Of a stretch of 64,000 nucleotides of DNA, positions 1 through 9,506 are shown one piece after another. The notes beneath the pieces are model-generated. The model saw only the letters and a program-made list of their open reading frames with translations. It made no database searches and was not told the DNA's origin. A program made the translations under genes and the position numbers. Position 1 is the stretch's first letter. Each line of letters opens with the position of its first letter. The stretch is from an uncultured Gammaproteobacteria bacterium (GTDB lineage Bacteria > Patescibacteriota > Microgenomatia > UBA8517): NCBI GenBank assembly GCA_964600575.1, contig CAZRJH010000004.1:6711-70710 (forward strand), written 5' to 3'.

Positions 1-2
1 TG

Positions 3-557
3 GTTGCAGTTGGAGCACAGTGTGATCTCATTAACGCAAAAAATGAGCTTATTGGAAGCAAAAGGTTCCCTGTTTCAGACGACTCAATTCGCAAAATGAT
101 TTTTAGCAGTGTTCCTTTGCAGCAACCGGCAATGATGGTCAACAGACTTCTTCTTCCAAAAGATTTTGTTTGGTATGACGAGACTTTTTCTTCTGCAGAA
201 GAGCTTGAGCTTTTGTTTAAGTTTTTCCAAATTGGTAAAGTTAGAAATTTACCTGAAGTGCTTTTGAAATACAGAATTCACGGATCAAACACATCTTTAG
301 TGAATCCTAAAAAGACGTTCAAATTAACTTTAAAGACTAGGTTTAGAGCAATATCTAGGTATGGTTACAGGCCAACAATTAAAGGCCTAGCCGTCACCCT
401 CGCACAATTTTCTGTGATATCACTCATTCCAAATAAATGGATATACCCGCTTTATGTTTTTACTAGGGGAATGAATAAACTAAAAGCTACCAATGTTACA
501 ATTAAAAACAATGAACAGTTCGTTTTTGAAGAAAAGCTTCAGTTGGTTAAAGCATAA
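3..557 (+). CDS. Glycosyltransferase family 2 protein, C-terminal part (5' end lies outside the window)
   Basis: The reading frame is open from the window edge to the stop at 557. The tail motif ...LLKYRIHGSNTSL... and a C-terminal hydrophobic helix are typical of GT2 polyprenol-phosphate glycosyltransferases. Confidence 0.5.
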   Translation, partial: VAVGAQCDLINAKNELIGSKRFPVSDDSIRKMIFSSVPLQQPAMMVNRLLLPKDFVWYDETFSSAEELELLFKFFQIGKVRNLPEVLLKYRIHGSNTSLVNPKKTFKLTLKTRFRAISRYGYRPTIKGLAVTLAQFSVISLIPNKWIYPLYVFTRGMNKLKATNVTIKNNEQFVFEEKLQLVKA

Positions 558-3177
558 CTCTTTAAGTATTTTTCTACCTCTATGTATTTTGGCTATAGTC
601 TCCTTTATTTCTTATAAAAGTTACATTCCTGAAACGTGGCTGTTGGGATGGGATGATTTGGCTCCCGAGCTCAACTTTGGATTAAACATAGAAAGAAGCT
701 TGTCTTCTCCTTGGCAAGAATACCAAGGGCTTGGTCTTTTGGGTGGCATGGGTCACGCTTCTGATTTAATCAGACAGATTTTTTTGCTAATTGCTTCGTT
801 TGCTTTTAAAACCTCTTTTATTAGGTACCTTTGGACGTTTTTAATGCTTGCGCTTGGGCCCTTGGGTGTATTTTTTTTCTTTAGGAAACAGGGAGAAGGG
901 AGTAGTTACAAGTTTGCAGCCTTTGCTTCATCTATATTTTATGTATTTAATTATTCCACTCTACAAACTTTTTTTACCCCTTTCGAAACCTTTGTAACCT
1001 TTTATGGTTTCTTTCCTTGGTTAGTTCTTTTTGCTCAAGAATATCTGAACAAGGGTAGAAAGTCTTCACTTTTTATATATTTAATAATATTAATTTTGGG
1101 AAGTACTTCTTTCTATGTTCAAACTTTATTTGTTGTTTATGTCATCTTTTTGGCTGTTTTTTGTTTAGAAGCTATATTTTTAAGAAAGAATGGATTTTTA
1201 AGGTCTTTAATTCTCGGTGTTGCAACTTTTGTTGTTTCGGCCTACTGGTTATTACCAGTTGGTTACTACGCTATCAAAAACTCGAGTGTTCCCACCGACT
1301 CTCATATAAATTCGATTGCCACCCCAGAGACTCAACTTATGAATAAGGCTAGGGGTGACTTTTCAAGCATAGCCTCACTAAAAGGGTATTGGTTTGATTA
1401 TTACGACTGGGACGCTCTGGGTAACTACGACCTAATGTATAAAGACTATATTTCTTACACATCTCAAAATATAGTTCTTAACACACTAATTGTACTTTTT
1501 GCGGTGTCGGTTTTGGGAATACTTACAAATCTTTTTGTTAAAAACAAAGATAAACAATTTAAAGTGTCGTATCTCTTTTTGCTTTTTGTTTGTTACTTTA
1601 TGTTGGCGGGTGACAACAAACCGTTTGGTCAGATCTATTTACTTCTACAAAACAATTTTCCGGTTTTTGCAGAAATATTTAGAAACTCGTTTACAAAATG
1701 GTCCATACCGACAAGTTTTTTGTACGCTGTGGGCGTTGGTTACTTTGTGTCACATTTTTCTGGTATTTTCAAAGGTAAGACTAAAGTTTTTTTTGCTATT
1801 GCTTTAGCATTGTTGTTTGCATGCGTTTCGATGTTCACATTGTTACCTGTCGCTAAGGATGGATTGATTTCAAAAACAATGAAAATTGACTTGCCAAGTG
1901 ACTATGAGCAAGTGATTAAATACTTTAAAAATCAGCCAATTGACGGAAGAATTGCCAGTTTCCCGTTGACCGACTTTTGGGGATGGAAATTTAACAGTTG
2001 GGGATACAGGGGGAGCGGCTTCTTGTGGTACGGAGTACAGCAACCGATTTTAGATAGAGCCTTTGATGTATGGAGCAAAAAGAACGAAACTGCTTATGAG
2101 GAAATAAATTATGTTTTTAATTACGGAACCAGTGGGGACACAGAAAGAGAGTTGGCTAAGTACAAAATTAAATACATTTTATTTGATCAGAGTATCTATA
2201 TTCCAGGCAATCCGAACTTTTTAGATTTTTTGGAAAAGCAAAGAAATAAAATTGAATCTTTACCAGGGGTCACAAAGGAAGAAACTTTTGGCAAAATAAT
2301 AATCTACAAAATGGACCTAGTAGAAACCAACAACTTTGTTTCTGCTCCCAAAGTATCTTATCCTACACTTTTGGAATTTTCTCAAACAGGTAGACCAGAA
2401 ATAACTGAAAGTTTCTCGGGGGAGCAGGGGTACAAAGATGCAGAGAACTGTAGCATTGGAGAAGTCGGAAAAGTGACAAAAAGTGTGCAAAGTCATTCTT
2501 ATGTATACAAGGCACAAAATGACGGCGTTTCTTGTGATTATTTTTATTATCCAAGTTTAGATTACTCCAAGGGATACATACTTAGGATAAAAGGTAACAA
2601 TATCCAAGGCAGATCGCTTAAATTCTATTTATTTAATGTTAAAAGTGGACAGGTCGATATTGAAAGACTTTTGCCTGCAGGTGATTTTGATGAATATTAC
2701 AAAATTTATCCAACATCATTTACTAAGTCTGTTGGGGAGGGATTCACATTGAATGTGGAGACACGGTCTTTTGGTAACTTTACATCTGAAAATGTGATAA
2801 ATGTGATAGAGTTTTATCCGGTAGATACCACCAGGTCACAACCTCAGCAAATTTTAAACAATCTTGATATAGTGTCTGTATCTAAATTTGGTACTTGGGG
2901 ATATAAGATCGCAAAAGAAGGCAAAGGCTTATTGGAATTAGATCAAGGTTACGAAGACGGGTGGATTGCTTTTAGTATTGACTCTCCAACTTGGCAAATG
3001 CGTATATATGATCACAAAATATATAATTCCTGGTCCAACTCGTGGAATATAGATAACGATGCTAAGGTTATTTATATATTTTTCTGGCCACAGCTTCTGG
3101 AGTGGGGTGGACTGATTTTGGCGCTAGGAAGCCTTGTTTTTATATTCAAAAAGACTTCAAAACTTGACACCCCATAG
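493..3177 (+). CDS. Polytopic membrane protein with a large C-terminal extracytoplasmic domain; candidate YfhO-like/GT-C-type glycosyltransferase
   Basis: 894 aa ORF with about 12 predicted TM helices in the first 450 aa followed by a soluble domain. It is adjacent to the GT2 gene, like the CsbB/YfhO pair. The start is ambiguous (493 or 511), and 493 would overlap the upstream gene by 65 nt. Confidence 0.5.
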   Translation: MLQLKTMNSSFLKKSFSWLKHNSLSIFLPLCILAIVSFISYKSYIPETWLLGWDDLAPELNFGLNIERSLSSPWQEYQGLGLLGGMGHASDLIRQIFLLIASFAFKTSFIRYLWTFLMLALGPLGVFFFFRKQGEGSSYKFAAFASSIFYVFNYSTLQTFFTPFETFVTFYGFFPWLVLFAQEYLNKGRKSSLFIYLIILILGSTSFYVQTLFVVYVIFLAVFCLEAIFLRKNGFLRSLILGVATFVVSAYWLLPVGYYAIKNSSVPTDSHINSIATPETQLMNKARGDFSSIASLKGYWFDYYDWDALGNYDLMYKDYISYTSQNIVLNTLIVLFAVSVLGILTNLFVKNKDKQFKVSYLFLLFVCYFMLAGDNKPFGQIYLLLQNNFPVFAEIFRNSFTKWSIPTSFLYAVGVGYFVSHFSGIFKGKTKVFFAIALALLFACVSMFTLLPVAKDGLISKTMKIDLPSDYEQVIKYFKNQPIDGRIASFPLTDFWGWKFNSWGYRGSGFLWYGVQQPILDRAFDVWSKKNETAYEEINYVFNYGTSGDTERELAKYKIKYILFDQSIYIPGNPNFLDFLEKQRNKIESLPGVTKEETFGKIIIYKMDLVETNNFVSAPKVSYPTLLEFSQTGRPEITESFSGEQGYKDAENCSIGEVGKVTKSVQSHSYVYKAQNDGVSCDYFYYPSLDYSKGYILRIKGNNIQGRSLKFYLFNVKSGQVDIERLLPAGDFDEYYKIYPTSFTKSVGEGFTLNVETRSFGNFTSENVINVIEFYPVDTTRSQPQQILNNLDIVSVSKFGTWGYKIAKEGKGLLELDQGYEDGWIAFSIDSPTWQMRIYDHKIYNSWSNSWNIDNDAKVIYIFFWPQLLEWGGLILALGSLVFIFKKTSKLDTP

Positions 3178-3203
3178 TTTTTGTGATATAGTATAGTTCT
3201 ACT

Positions 3204-3229
3204 TCGGAGGGTTTAGACCTCCATTTTTG
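3204..3229 (+). terminator. Intrinsic terminator hairpin (CGGAGG-GTTTAGA-CCTCC) followed by ATTTTTG
   Basis: GC-rich stem and T-run about 30 nt after the stop of the 493..3177 gene. Confidence 0.45.
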
Positions 3230-3352
3230 CGGAGCCTTTAAGCCCTCCGGAGAGAAATTTTTAAATACGAAGTAAAACAAGTTTTGGCTTTGCGTTCAAT
3301 TCATCCTCGTCATGAGATGACAAGGATTCCTTGAAATGCATAGTAGAAAAAT

Positions 3353-3411
3353 ACGGTAAATCCGAGTACTTGTGCTTTTAGGCACGATTACTCAGGTTTA
3401 CCGTTTTTTTT
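3353..3411. terminator. Bidirectional terminator-like hairpin: 16-bp imperfect stem with a nested GTGC/GCAC mini-stem, T8 on the + side and A/T-rich run on the - side
   Basis: ACGGTAAATCCGAGTA...TACTCAGGTTTACCGT followed by TTTTTTTT. Its reverse complement precedes ATTTTTCT. It lies between the convergent genes ending at 3177 (+) and 3416 (-). Confidence 0.5.
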
Positions 3412-3415
3412 GGCC

Positions 3416-3772
3416 TCAATTCCCGGAGAAGCTTCTTTGAAGATCTATCTTTTGGGCTATCTCTTTAAGCTCTTCCCAGATAGTTTCCTCCTCTTCGTAT
3501 CTACCCGATTGGTTTGAGCCTCTAAGCATCTTCCAGGTTCTATCCCAGAGCCCCCACAACGGGTTTTCGCGCCTGGGATCCGGTATTCCTATGTTCGTAG
3601 CTATCTCTTGGGCAAGTTCTGTAAGGCGGTCTTCTAGAAGGTCTATTTGGGTGTTAACCTCGCGGCTTTCGGGGTCGCCCTGCCTGGTTTCTCTCAAAAG
3701 TCGGATGGTGGCCTCATATTCACCTGAAAGGGGGTGTTTATTAAGTTGTTCTTTAAAGCTCTCTTTGGACAT
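3416..3772 (-). CDS. Hypothetical protein (118 aa, acidic, helical)
   Basis: ORF in a co-directional three-gene block of higher GC. No recognisable motif. Confidence 0.55.
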   Translation of the reverse strand: MSKESFKEQLNKHPLSGEYEATIRLLRETRQGDPESREVNTQIDLLEDRLTELAQEIATNIGIPDPRRENPLWGLWDRTWKMLRGSNQSGRYEEEETIWEELKEIAQKIDLQRSFSGN

Positions 3773-3939
3773 GTTTAATTATATCACCCATAGTCTAGAC
3801 TCAGAAAAAGTGTTTAAGGCAAAAAACAGCCCCCGGGTGTTAACAACATCTTGCGATGTGCAACAACCACGGGGGCGAGTCGGAATCAGTAGGGCACTAA
3901 GAATCCCATTAAACTTAGGCTTAATCTGACCCTGACAAA

Positions 3940-4752
3940 TTACCTGCTTTCAAGCTCACGCTTGAGATGTTCGATCTCGGCAAAGAGATCTGCAACGGGA
4001 ACGGGTGACACATGACCATGATTCTGGGCATAATCCCAAAGGCTGGCTTTAACCAGGCTATCTTTGGTGTCCGGAAACTGGTCGATTCGGTGTGCACCGC
4101 CGCGCATGATGATGTCGTCGTCGAGGACTACTATCGTGTTTTCGCCTGCAAAAGGCACTGACACGGTGGGGAAAGCGGTTTCCACCCATTGGCGGTTACC
4201 AACTTGCCAGCCTTCGACTTGGGGCATCACGCTGTCCGGGACTGAAAATCCGGATTTTTTGAGAGCGCGTACTGCCGCATCGGTCATTTTTTCGCCTGCG
4301 TTTGCCCATGTGCCGGGGATCGATTCTTCGATCTCATTTCCGGCTTTCCCTGTTTCGGGATTCACTATCACGGGGCGCAGTTCCTTGACCGAACGAACAT
4401 AGATTCCATCCTTGCCTTCACCTGTGACCACGACCATAACCGAGGGAGTCGCATGACCCCAGAATTCGGCGGTGGGACCGTCGCTGATGACGATTGCATC
4501 AAAGTTGTATTCGACAACATTACCGTTATCATCAACCTTAACATATGCCATGTGGCGGCGGGTTCCCCAAGGATTCCAAAACCCTGCAAAGTCGACGAGT
4601 ACCGTCAACCAAAGCGGGATCTGCACCTTGATGGTGTACTTGCGGAAAAGTGTAACGACGGCGTGCCAGCCATTTTTGCCGATGGTGGCGCGGTTCTTCC
4701 AGAGAAGGTTAAAAGGGACCTTATGGAAGGGGATTACGATTTGCTTGTTCAT
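3940..4752 (-). CDS. Hypothetical protein (270 aa)
   Basis: Long ORF with higher GC (about 50-57% locally) than surrounding genes. No recognisable family. Confidence 0.6.
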   Translation of the reverse strand: MNKQIVIPFHKVPFNLLWKNRATIGKNGWHAVVTLFRKYTIKVQIPLWLTVLVDFAGFWNPWGTRRHMAYVKVDDNGNVVEYNFDAIVISDGPTAEFWGHATPSVMVVVTGEGKDGIYVRSVKELRPVIVNPETGKAGNEIEESIPGTWANAGEKMTDAAVRALKKSGFSVPDSVMPQVEGWQVGNRQWVETAFPTVSVPFAGENTIVVLDDDIIMRGGAHRIDQFPDTKDSLVKASLWDYAQNHGHVSPVPVADLFAEIEHLKRELESR

Positions 4753-4874
4753 TTTACTAGCTCCTGTTTTAGACAGGGCATAAGTGGAATCTTCAATTCC
4801 TACTTAGACCAAAAGCTAGAATCATCGGACTTCAACCGATGAATGGGATTTTTCTTATCCGGCCTTTAAAAAGG

Positions 4875-5771
4875 CTAGATTGTTACGGCCTGTTTCGGTA
4901 AAAGGTGAGGGAATTGTGAGCCCCAGAGGGAGAGGAATCTCGACCAGATTGAGATCGAATAATTTTCTCCGAAAAAGGCTAGTTTGTCCTCATCATTTTT
5001 GAGGTGGGCGTTCAGGTGTTTGGCAACTTCTTCGATATCATAGACCATAGGACTGCTTTGTAAATCGTGCCCGTTGAAATCCTCGGTTTTCTCTCCGGGG
5101 TATTCTTGCGCGATTTTTGAGTCCGTCAAAAGTTTCTGAATCTCTGAATTTTCCATTTCCTGACTAAGCTCAACCACAACCAGGTGGTAGGAGATTTTAT
5201 TCGCATACTGCGCATTATTCTCCCAAACAGGTTTGCCCATACTATGTTCGGTAACTTTGGCAACCTGTGAGCTTTCGACCAAACCGGGGAAGTCGCGTTT
5301 AAAAAGTGCCACTCCCGGATTATCAGTCGAATCTTTTATCCAACCTCTTGAGAATTCGATAAAGAGGTCTTTGCCTGCAAACTGATACTTTCTGCGTGCA
5401 AGCGCAAGCCACTTAAACGAAGTTCCCCGAGGAACTTTCACCAAAACCATACATATTGCTGTGTCGGGCCCAAAACGCACAACTTGTGTTGTGTCTTCTT
5501 TTTTCTGGGGCGACAGAACTCTGAACTGTACCCATTTGAGGTTTAACTCTTTAAAGCTGAACTGAGCATTGATAGGCTCGACAAAACGGATTTGCATCTC
5601 GTTTTTACCTGTACCAACCTTGTCAGCCCAACTCTTCCAGCTACCCAGGGCTCCCCGGATATCAGAAAGTAAGTGTTCACGCCACTGGGCATCTTCTGCC
5701 GTTTGGCGCATTTCCTCGGCCAGGTAGGGCCTTGGATAATTGCTTCGCATTTTGTCCTCCTCCGTCGTCAA
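4875..5771 (-). CDS. Hypothetical protein (298 aa)
   Basis: Long ORF, co-directional with 3940..4752. No recognisable family. Confidence 0.6.
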   Translation of the reverse strand: MTTEEDKMRSNYPRPYLAEEMRQTAEDAQWREHLLSDIRGALGSWKSWADKVGTGKNEMQIRFVEPINAQFSFKELNLKWVQFRVLSPQKKEDTTQVVRFGPDTAICMVLVKVPRGTSFKWLALARRKYQFAGKDLFIEFSRGWIKDSTDNPGVALFKRDFPGLVESSQVAKVTEHSMGKPVWENNAQYANKISYHLVVVELSQEMENSEIQKLLTDSKIAQEYPGEKTEDFNGHDLQSSPMVYDIEEVAKHLNAHLKNDEDKLAFFGENYSISIWSRFLSLWGSQFPHLLPKQAVTI

Positions 5772-5916
5772 CGGATGGATTTAATAATTCTCTACGCAGG
5801 GCTTCATTCCTGTCGCAGAGTGAATGTGAACGTGCACGAACCCAAAAAGGTCCGAGGCGGAATTGTATCAAAATTCAGGCACAAAGTCAATATTATGGGC
5901 TTAAATTACAAAACAG

Positions 5917-5944
5917 TTGACACGGTTACAAATTAAGCTATACT
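5917..5944 (+). promoter_or_regulatory. Sigma70-like promoter (TTGACA-16 nt-TATACT) upstream of rho
   Basis: Near-consensus -35 and -10 hexamers, about 65 nt upstream of the rho start. Confidence 0.4.
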
Positions 5945-6010
5945 AATACAAGTACTTACAAGAAAGTAACTCTTCCGTTTTTTCCGAACAGTTTAGTTAA
6001 ACAAAAAATC

Positions 6011-7324
6011 ATGGCTTTGAAAAAAACCACCACAGATACTCCCGACGAGAACGTTCAATCGTTAGTCGGTGCACCTCAAGACGCCGGGTCTTTGCCCGCT
6101 CCTCCTGTTGCAATTACCGAAGTAACTCCTAATCCTTTAGTTGTTGATGACAGAATGATTCCCGACGCAGGACTCCCTACGGATTTTGTAGAAGGAGTAC
6201 TCGATATTGCCAACGAAGGGTCGGGACTACTACGACCTTCTCATTTTGCTCCCAGCGATCATGATGTTTATATTTCATCTTCCCAAATAAGAAGATTCAA
6301 TCTTAGAGTGGGGGATGTTGTCGGCGGACAAGCAAGACGACCCAAAGAAAACGAAAGATATTGGGGGCTTCTAAAAGTAGAAACCGTTAACGGTGAAGCG
6401 GTAGAAAAAATCGGTAACCGTGCCAATTTTGACGATATGATTGCAATTTATCCAGACGAACAAATCAATTTATCGACCGACAAAGATACATTAACTACCA
6501 GAATGATAGATTTAGTATCACCTGTAGGATTTGGACAGAGAGCTTTGATTGTTGCTCCGCCTAAAGCAGGAAAAACATGGCTTATTAAAGATATTATTGC
6601 CGGAATTGCCAACAACTATCCCGAAGACGGCGATGGAAAAGCCAGAAAAGTTCATGTTATGGCGGTTTTGATTGGTGAGCGCCCAGAAGAAGTTACCGAC
6701 ATTCAAAGAAAAATGAGAGATGTTACAAACGGACACGGAGAAGTTGCCGCATCCAATTTTGACGAAGCACCCCAAGACCAAACCAGAGTCGGCGAACTTG
6801 CTTTGGAACGCGCAAAAAGACTTGTAGAAATGGGACACGATGTTGTAATTGTTTTGGATTCTATTACCAGAATGGCAAGAGCATATAACTTAGCACTTCC
6901 CACAAGTGGAAGAACACTCTCTGGTGGATTTGATCCCATGGCGCTTTTCCCTGCAAAGAAATTCTTTGGAGCAGCCAGAAAAATAGAAGACGGCGGAAGT
7001 TTAACAATTGTCGGAACATGTTTGATTGATACCGGTTCCAGAATGGACGATCTTATTTACGAAGAGTTTAAAGGAACAGGTAATATGGAACTTCATTTAA
7101 GCAGAAAACTTGCCGAGCGCAGAATTTACCCTGCAATTGATATCGGCAAATCGGGAACAAGACAAGATGAACTTTTATTTGGAATGCCAAAACTCAAAAA
7201 AGTTAATACCTTAAGAAGAATGTTGGACTTAATGGGGGAGGACGAAAGAACAGAAGCGCTAACATCCAGATTGGAAAAGACGGAAAACAACGACGAGTTT
7301 TTGGATACCCTCAAAACTGCTTAA
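6011..7324 (+). CDS. rho: Transcription termination factor Rho
   Basis: Walker A motif VAPPKAGKT, the Q- and R-loop region, and the RIYPAIDIGKSGTRQDELL motif. The OB-fold region (SSSQIRRFNLRVGDVV) is present. The N-terminal helical domain is replaced by a Pro/Thr-rich segment. Confidence 0.95.
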   Translation: MALKKTTTDTPDENVQSLVGAPQDAGSLPAPPVAITEVTPNPLVVDDRMIPDAGLPTDFVEGVLDIANEGSGLLRPSHFAPSDHDVYISSSQIRRFNLRVGDVVGGQARRPKENERYWGLLKVETVNGEAVEKIGNRANFDDMIAIYPDEQINLSTDKDTLTTRMIDLVSPVGFGQRALIVAPPKAGKTWLIKDIIAGIANNYPEDGDGKARKVHVMAVLIGERPEEVTDIQRKMRDVTNGHGEVAASNFDEAPQDQTRVGELALERAKRLVEMGHDVVIVLDSITRMARAYNLALPTSGRTLSGGFDPMALFPAKKFFGAARKIEDGGSLTIVGTCLIDTGSRMDDLIYEEFKGTGNMELHLSRKLAERRIYPAIDIGKSGTRQDELLFGMPKLKKVNTLRRMLDLMGEDERTEALTSRLEKTENNDEFLDTLKTA

Positions 7325-7342
7325 TATTATCTTCTTTTAATT

Positions 7343-8254
7343 TTACTTTCTCACCTCGAGTATTTTGAGTGAAGAACCACGTATACCAACATAGAAATAA
7401 ACTTTATCTAGGATTACAAAATAAGAAAATGGCAAAAGTGTCGTTTCCCCAGAAATGCTTTTAGCTTTTGTTTCACCCTCAGCCTTTGTCCAAACAGACC
7501 CTTTTAGCGGTTTAATTGCGACTTTGTCTTGTGAGTCTTGTGGTGATAAAAACCTAAGAACTGCAAATTGTTCCGGGTTTCCCTTTTTTTGTATTTTTAC
7601 TTGAGATAAATCATCGGTGCCAAAAGAAATACTTGTTAAAACACCCGTGTCCTTTTGCGGTTCAGTGTTCCAAACAACATCGACATCTTGATTATCGGAG
7701 TCTTGGCTGTCCGATTCTTGGATTATACCGTCAAAGTTTGCGTTTGCTTTTGAAATTGCGGCGGTTTTTATAACGGTTTGACCCTCTTGATTTGCATATA
7801 TTTTTAAATAATTATTTTGCCCGATCATTGCATAGATTGTTCCAAGTTCTCCGTTTGTAAACGGCGCATATTCAAAGGAATCTTTAGTAAAAACCTCTAG
7901 TTTGCCACCTGCCTCCAGTTTTGTTTCTTGCCCTTGTATCCAAAAAGACAATGATACCTTTGGATATGGATTGTATATGTTGAATGAATATTTTCCCGAG
8001 TTTTGCGGAGCAATCTCAACATCTATATAGGTATCTTTGGGTAGACTTTCGGATTTTTCGTCTGTTATTTCAACCCTGGTTTTTGTATCCGAATTTATTT
8101 TTTCTCTACTTCCGGCATGTAAATATATTTTTTCTTGATAATCGCCTGCGGAAAGGGTAAGTCCTTCTCCTATTTTTATATAAGCAATATTTCCCTCGGG
8201 AGATTTTGCTGCAATTGCAGAAAAGTTTGCTGGTGTTTCATTTATATTTGCCAT
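7343..8254 (-). CDS. Hypothetical protein (303 aa, no signal peptide)
   Basis: Long ORF. No recognisable motifs. Confidence 0.55.
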   Translation of the reverse strand: MANINETPANFSAIAAKSPEGNIAYIKIGEGLTLSAGDYQEKIYLHAGSREKINSDTKTRVEITDEKSESLPKDTYIDVEIAPQNSGKYSFNIYNPYPKVSLSFWIQGQETKLEAGGKLEVFTKDSFEYAPFTNGELGTIYAMIGQNNYLKIYANQEGQTVIKTAAISKANANFDGIIQESDSQDSDNQDVDVVWNTEPQKDTGVLTSISFGTDDLSQVKIQKKGNPEQFAVLRFLSPQDSQDKVAIKPLKGSVWTKAEGETKAKSISGETTLLPFSYFVILDKVYFYVGIRGSSLKILEVRK

Positions 8255-8411
8255 TTAGACAATTTTTATATAAGACAAACATATTTGCAAGTGAAATGTA
8301 TACATTTTTTGAACTCCGCTTTTATTTGATTAGCTTTCTTGTCTATGGTATTGTCTGTTCTGGACAAAATAATAAAAAGATAGCCATCTGATTCGCCACT
8401 TTGAATAAAAA

Positions 8412-9503
8412 ATGGATGACACATTCGAAATATTTATAGCGTTGTGGGAAGACATTAAAGAGTTCTTTTATGAACTTGTTAAATATGTTTTCAAAAGTCT
8501 TCATATTAGTTTTTTAAGATTCGAAGAAAAGAAGGGGATATTTGTAACTGCACTTTATAGACAGCGGGGAAAACTTTCGCGAAGGTTAACTCATTCGGGA
8601 ATGGCGGCTATTACAGCACTTGGTGTTGTTATGGCACCAATGATTGCACAGGAATTTCCCGGTAGAAGTGTTAATCCCTGGGAAATAACTTCTGCACCCG
8701 TAGTTTTATCTGCATCAACAGATGACCCAGGAATTGATACACAAATATCTAGTAAAGTAAGGGATAGTATCATAGATTATATTGTTCAGGATGGAGACAC
8801 GATAAAATCCATTGCCAAAAAATTTGATATTTCCGAGGCTACCGTAAAATGGCAAAACGGATTAACCAGTGACAAAATAAAAGTCGGGCAAACAATAAAA
8901 ATCCTTCCCGTTACCGGCATTGCTCATAAAGTTTCTAAAGGAGATACCGTTTACTCTATCGCCAAAAGATATACCTCCGACTCTCAGGCAATAGTAGATT
9001 TTCCTTTTAATGCTTTTTCTAACGATGAAACATTTGAGTTGGCAGTTGGACAGACGGTAATTGTTCCTGACGGCGAAATGCCGACCCAAGCATCTGCGCC
9101 CAGAATCAGGCAAATTACTCCTGATGCTGGAACTGTTGTTGCCTCCGGTCAGTTTGTGTGGCCAACTCAGGGAACGATCACACAAAGGTTTGCCTGGTAC
9201 CATCCGGGATTGGATATTGCTAACCCCTCCGGCCCTGGAGTGGTAGCAGCGGACTCCGGTAAGGTTATTTATGCAGGTTGGGATTCAACCGGATACGGAA
9301 ACATGGTTCTTATTGATCATGGCAACGGATATAAAACCAGGTACGGACACATGAGCCAGATATTTGTGGTTAACGGCCAGAGCGTTGGTAGAGGTTCTGC
9401 AGTAGGAAGGATGGGAAGTACAGGAAGATCTACGGGAACCCACTTACATTTTGAGATTTACCTCAATGCGGGAAGGCTAAGTCCGCTTAACTTTCTAAAG
9501 TAA
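8412..9503 (+). CDS. LysM-domain M23 family metallopeptidase (peptidoglycan hydrolase)
   Basis: N-terminal TM segment, two LysM repeats (YIVQDGDTIKSIAKKF..., HKVSKGDTVYSIAKRY...) and a C-terminal M23 domain with the HxxxD and THLHFEI motifs. Confidence 0.85.
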   Translation: MDDTFEIFIALWEDIKEFFYELVKYVFKSLHISFLRFEEKKGIFVTALYRQRGKLSRRLTHSGMAAITALGVVMAPMIAQEFPGRSVNPWEITSAPVVLSASTDDPGIDTQISSKVRDSIIDYIVQDGDTIKSIAKKFDISEATVKWQNGLTSDKIKVGQTIKILPVTGIAHKVSKGDTVYSIAKRYTSDSQAIVDFPFNAFSNDETFELAVGQTVIVPDGEMPTQASAPRIRQITPDAGTVVASGQFVWPTQGTITQRFAWYHPGLDIANPSGPGVVAADSGKVIYAGWDSTGYGNMVLIDHGNGYKTRYGHMSQIFVVNGQSVGRGSAVGRMGSTGRSTGTHLHFEIYLNAGRLSPLNFLK

Positions 9504-9506
9504 TAA

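Noticed and set aside
3591-4842. Several + and - ORFs of 73-129 aa overlapping the 118-aa and 270-aa hypothetical genes
   Set aside because: They are shorter than, and nested within, the longer co-directional minus-strand ORFs. The higher GC in this block inflates random ORF length.
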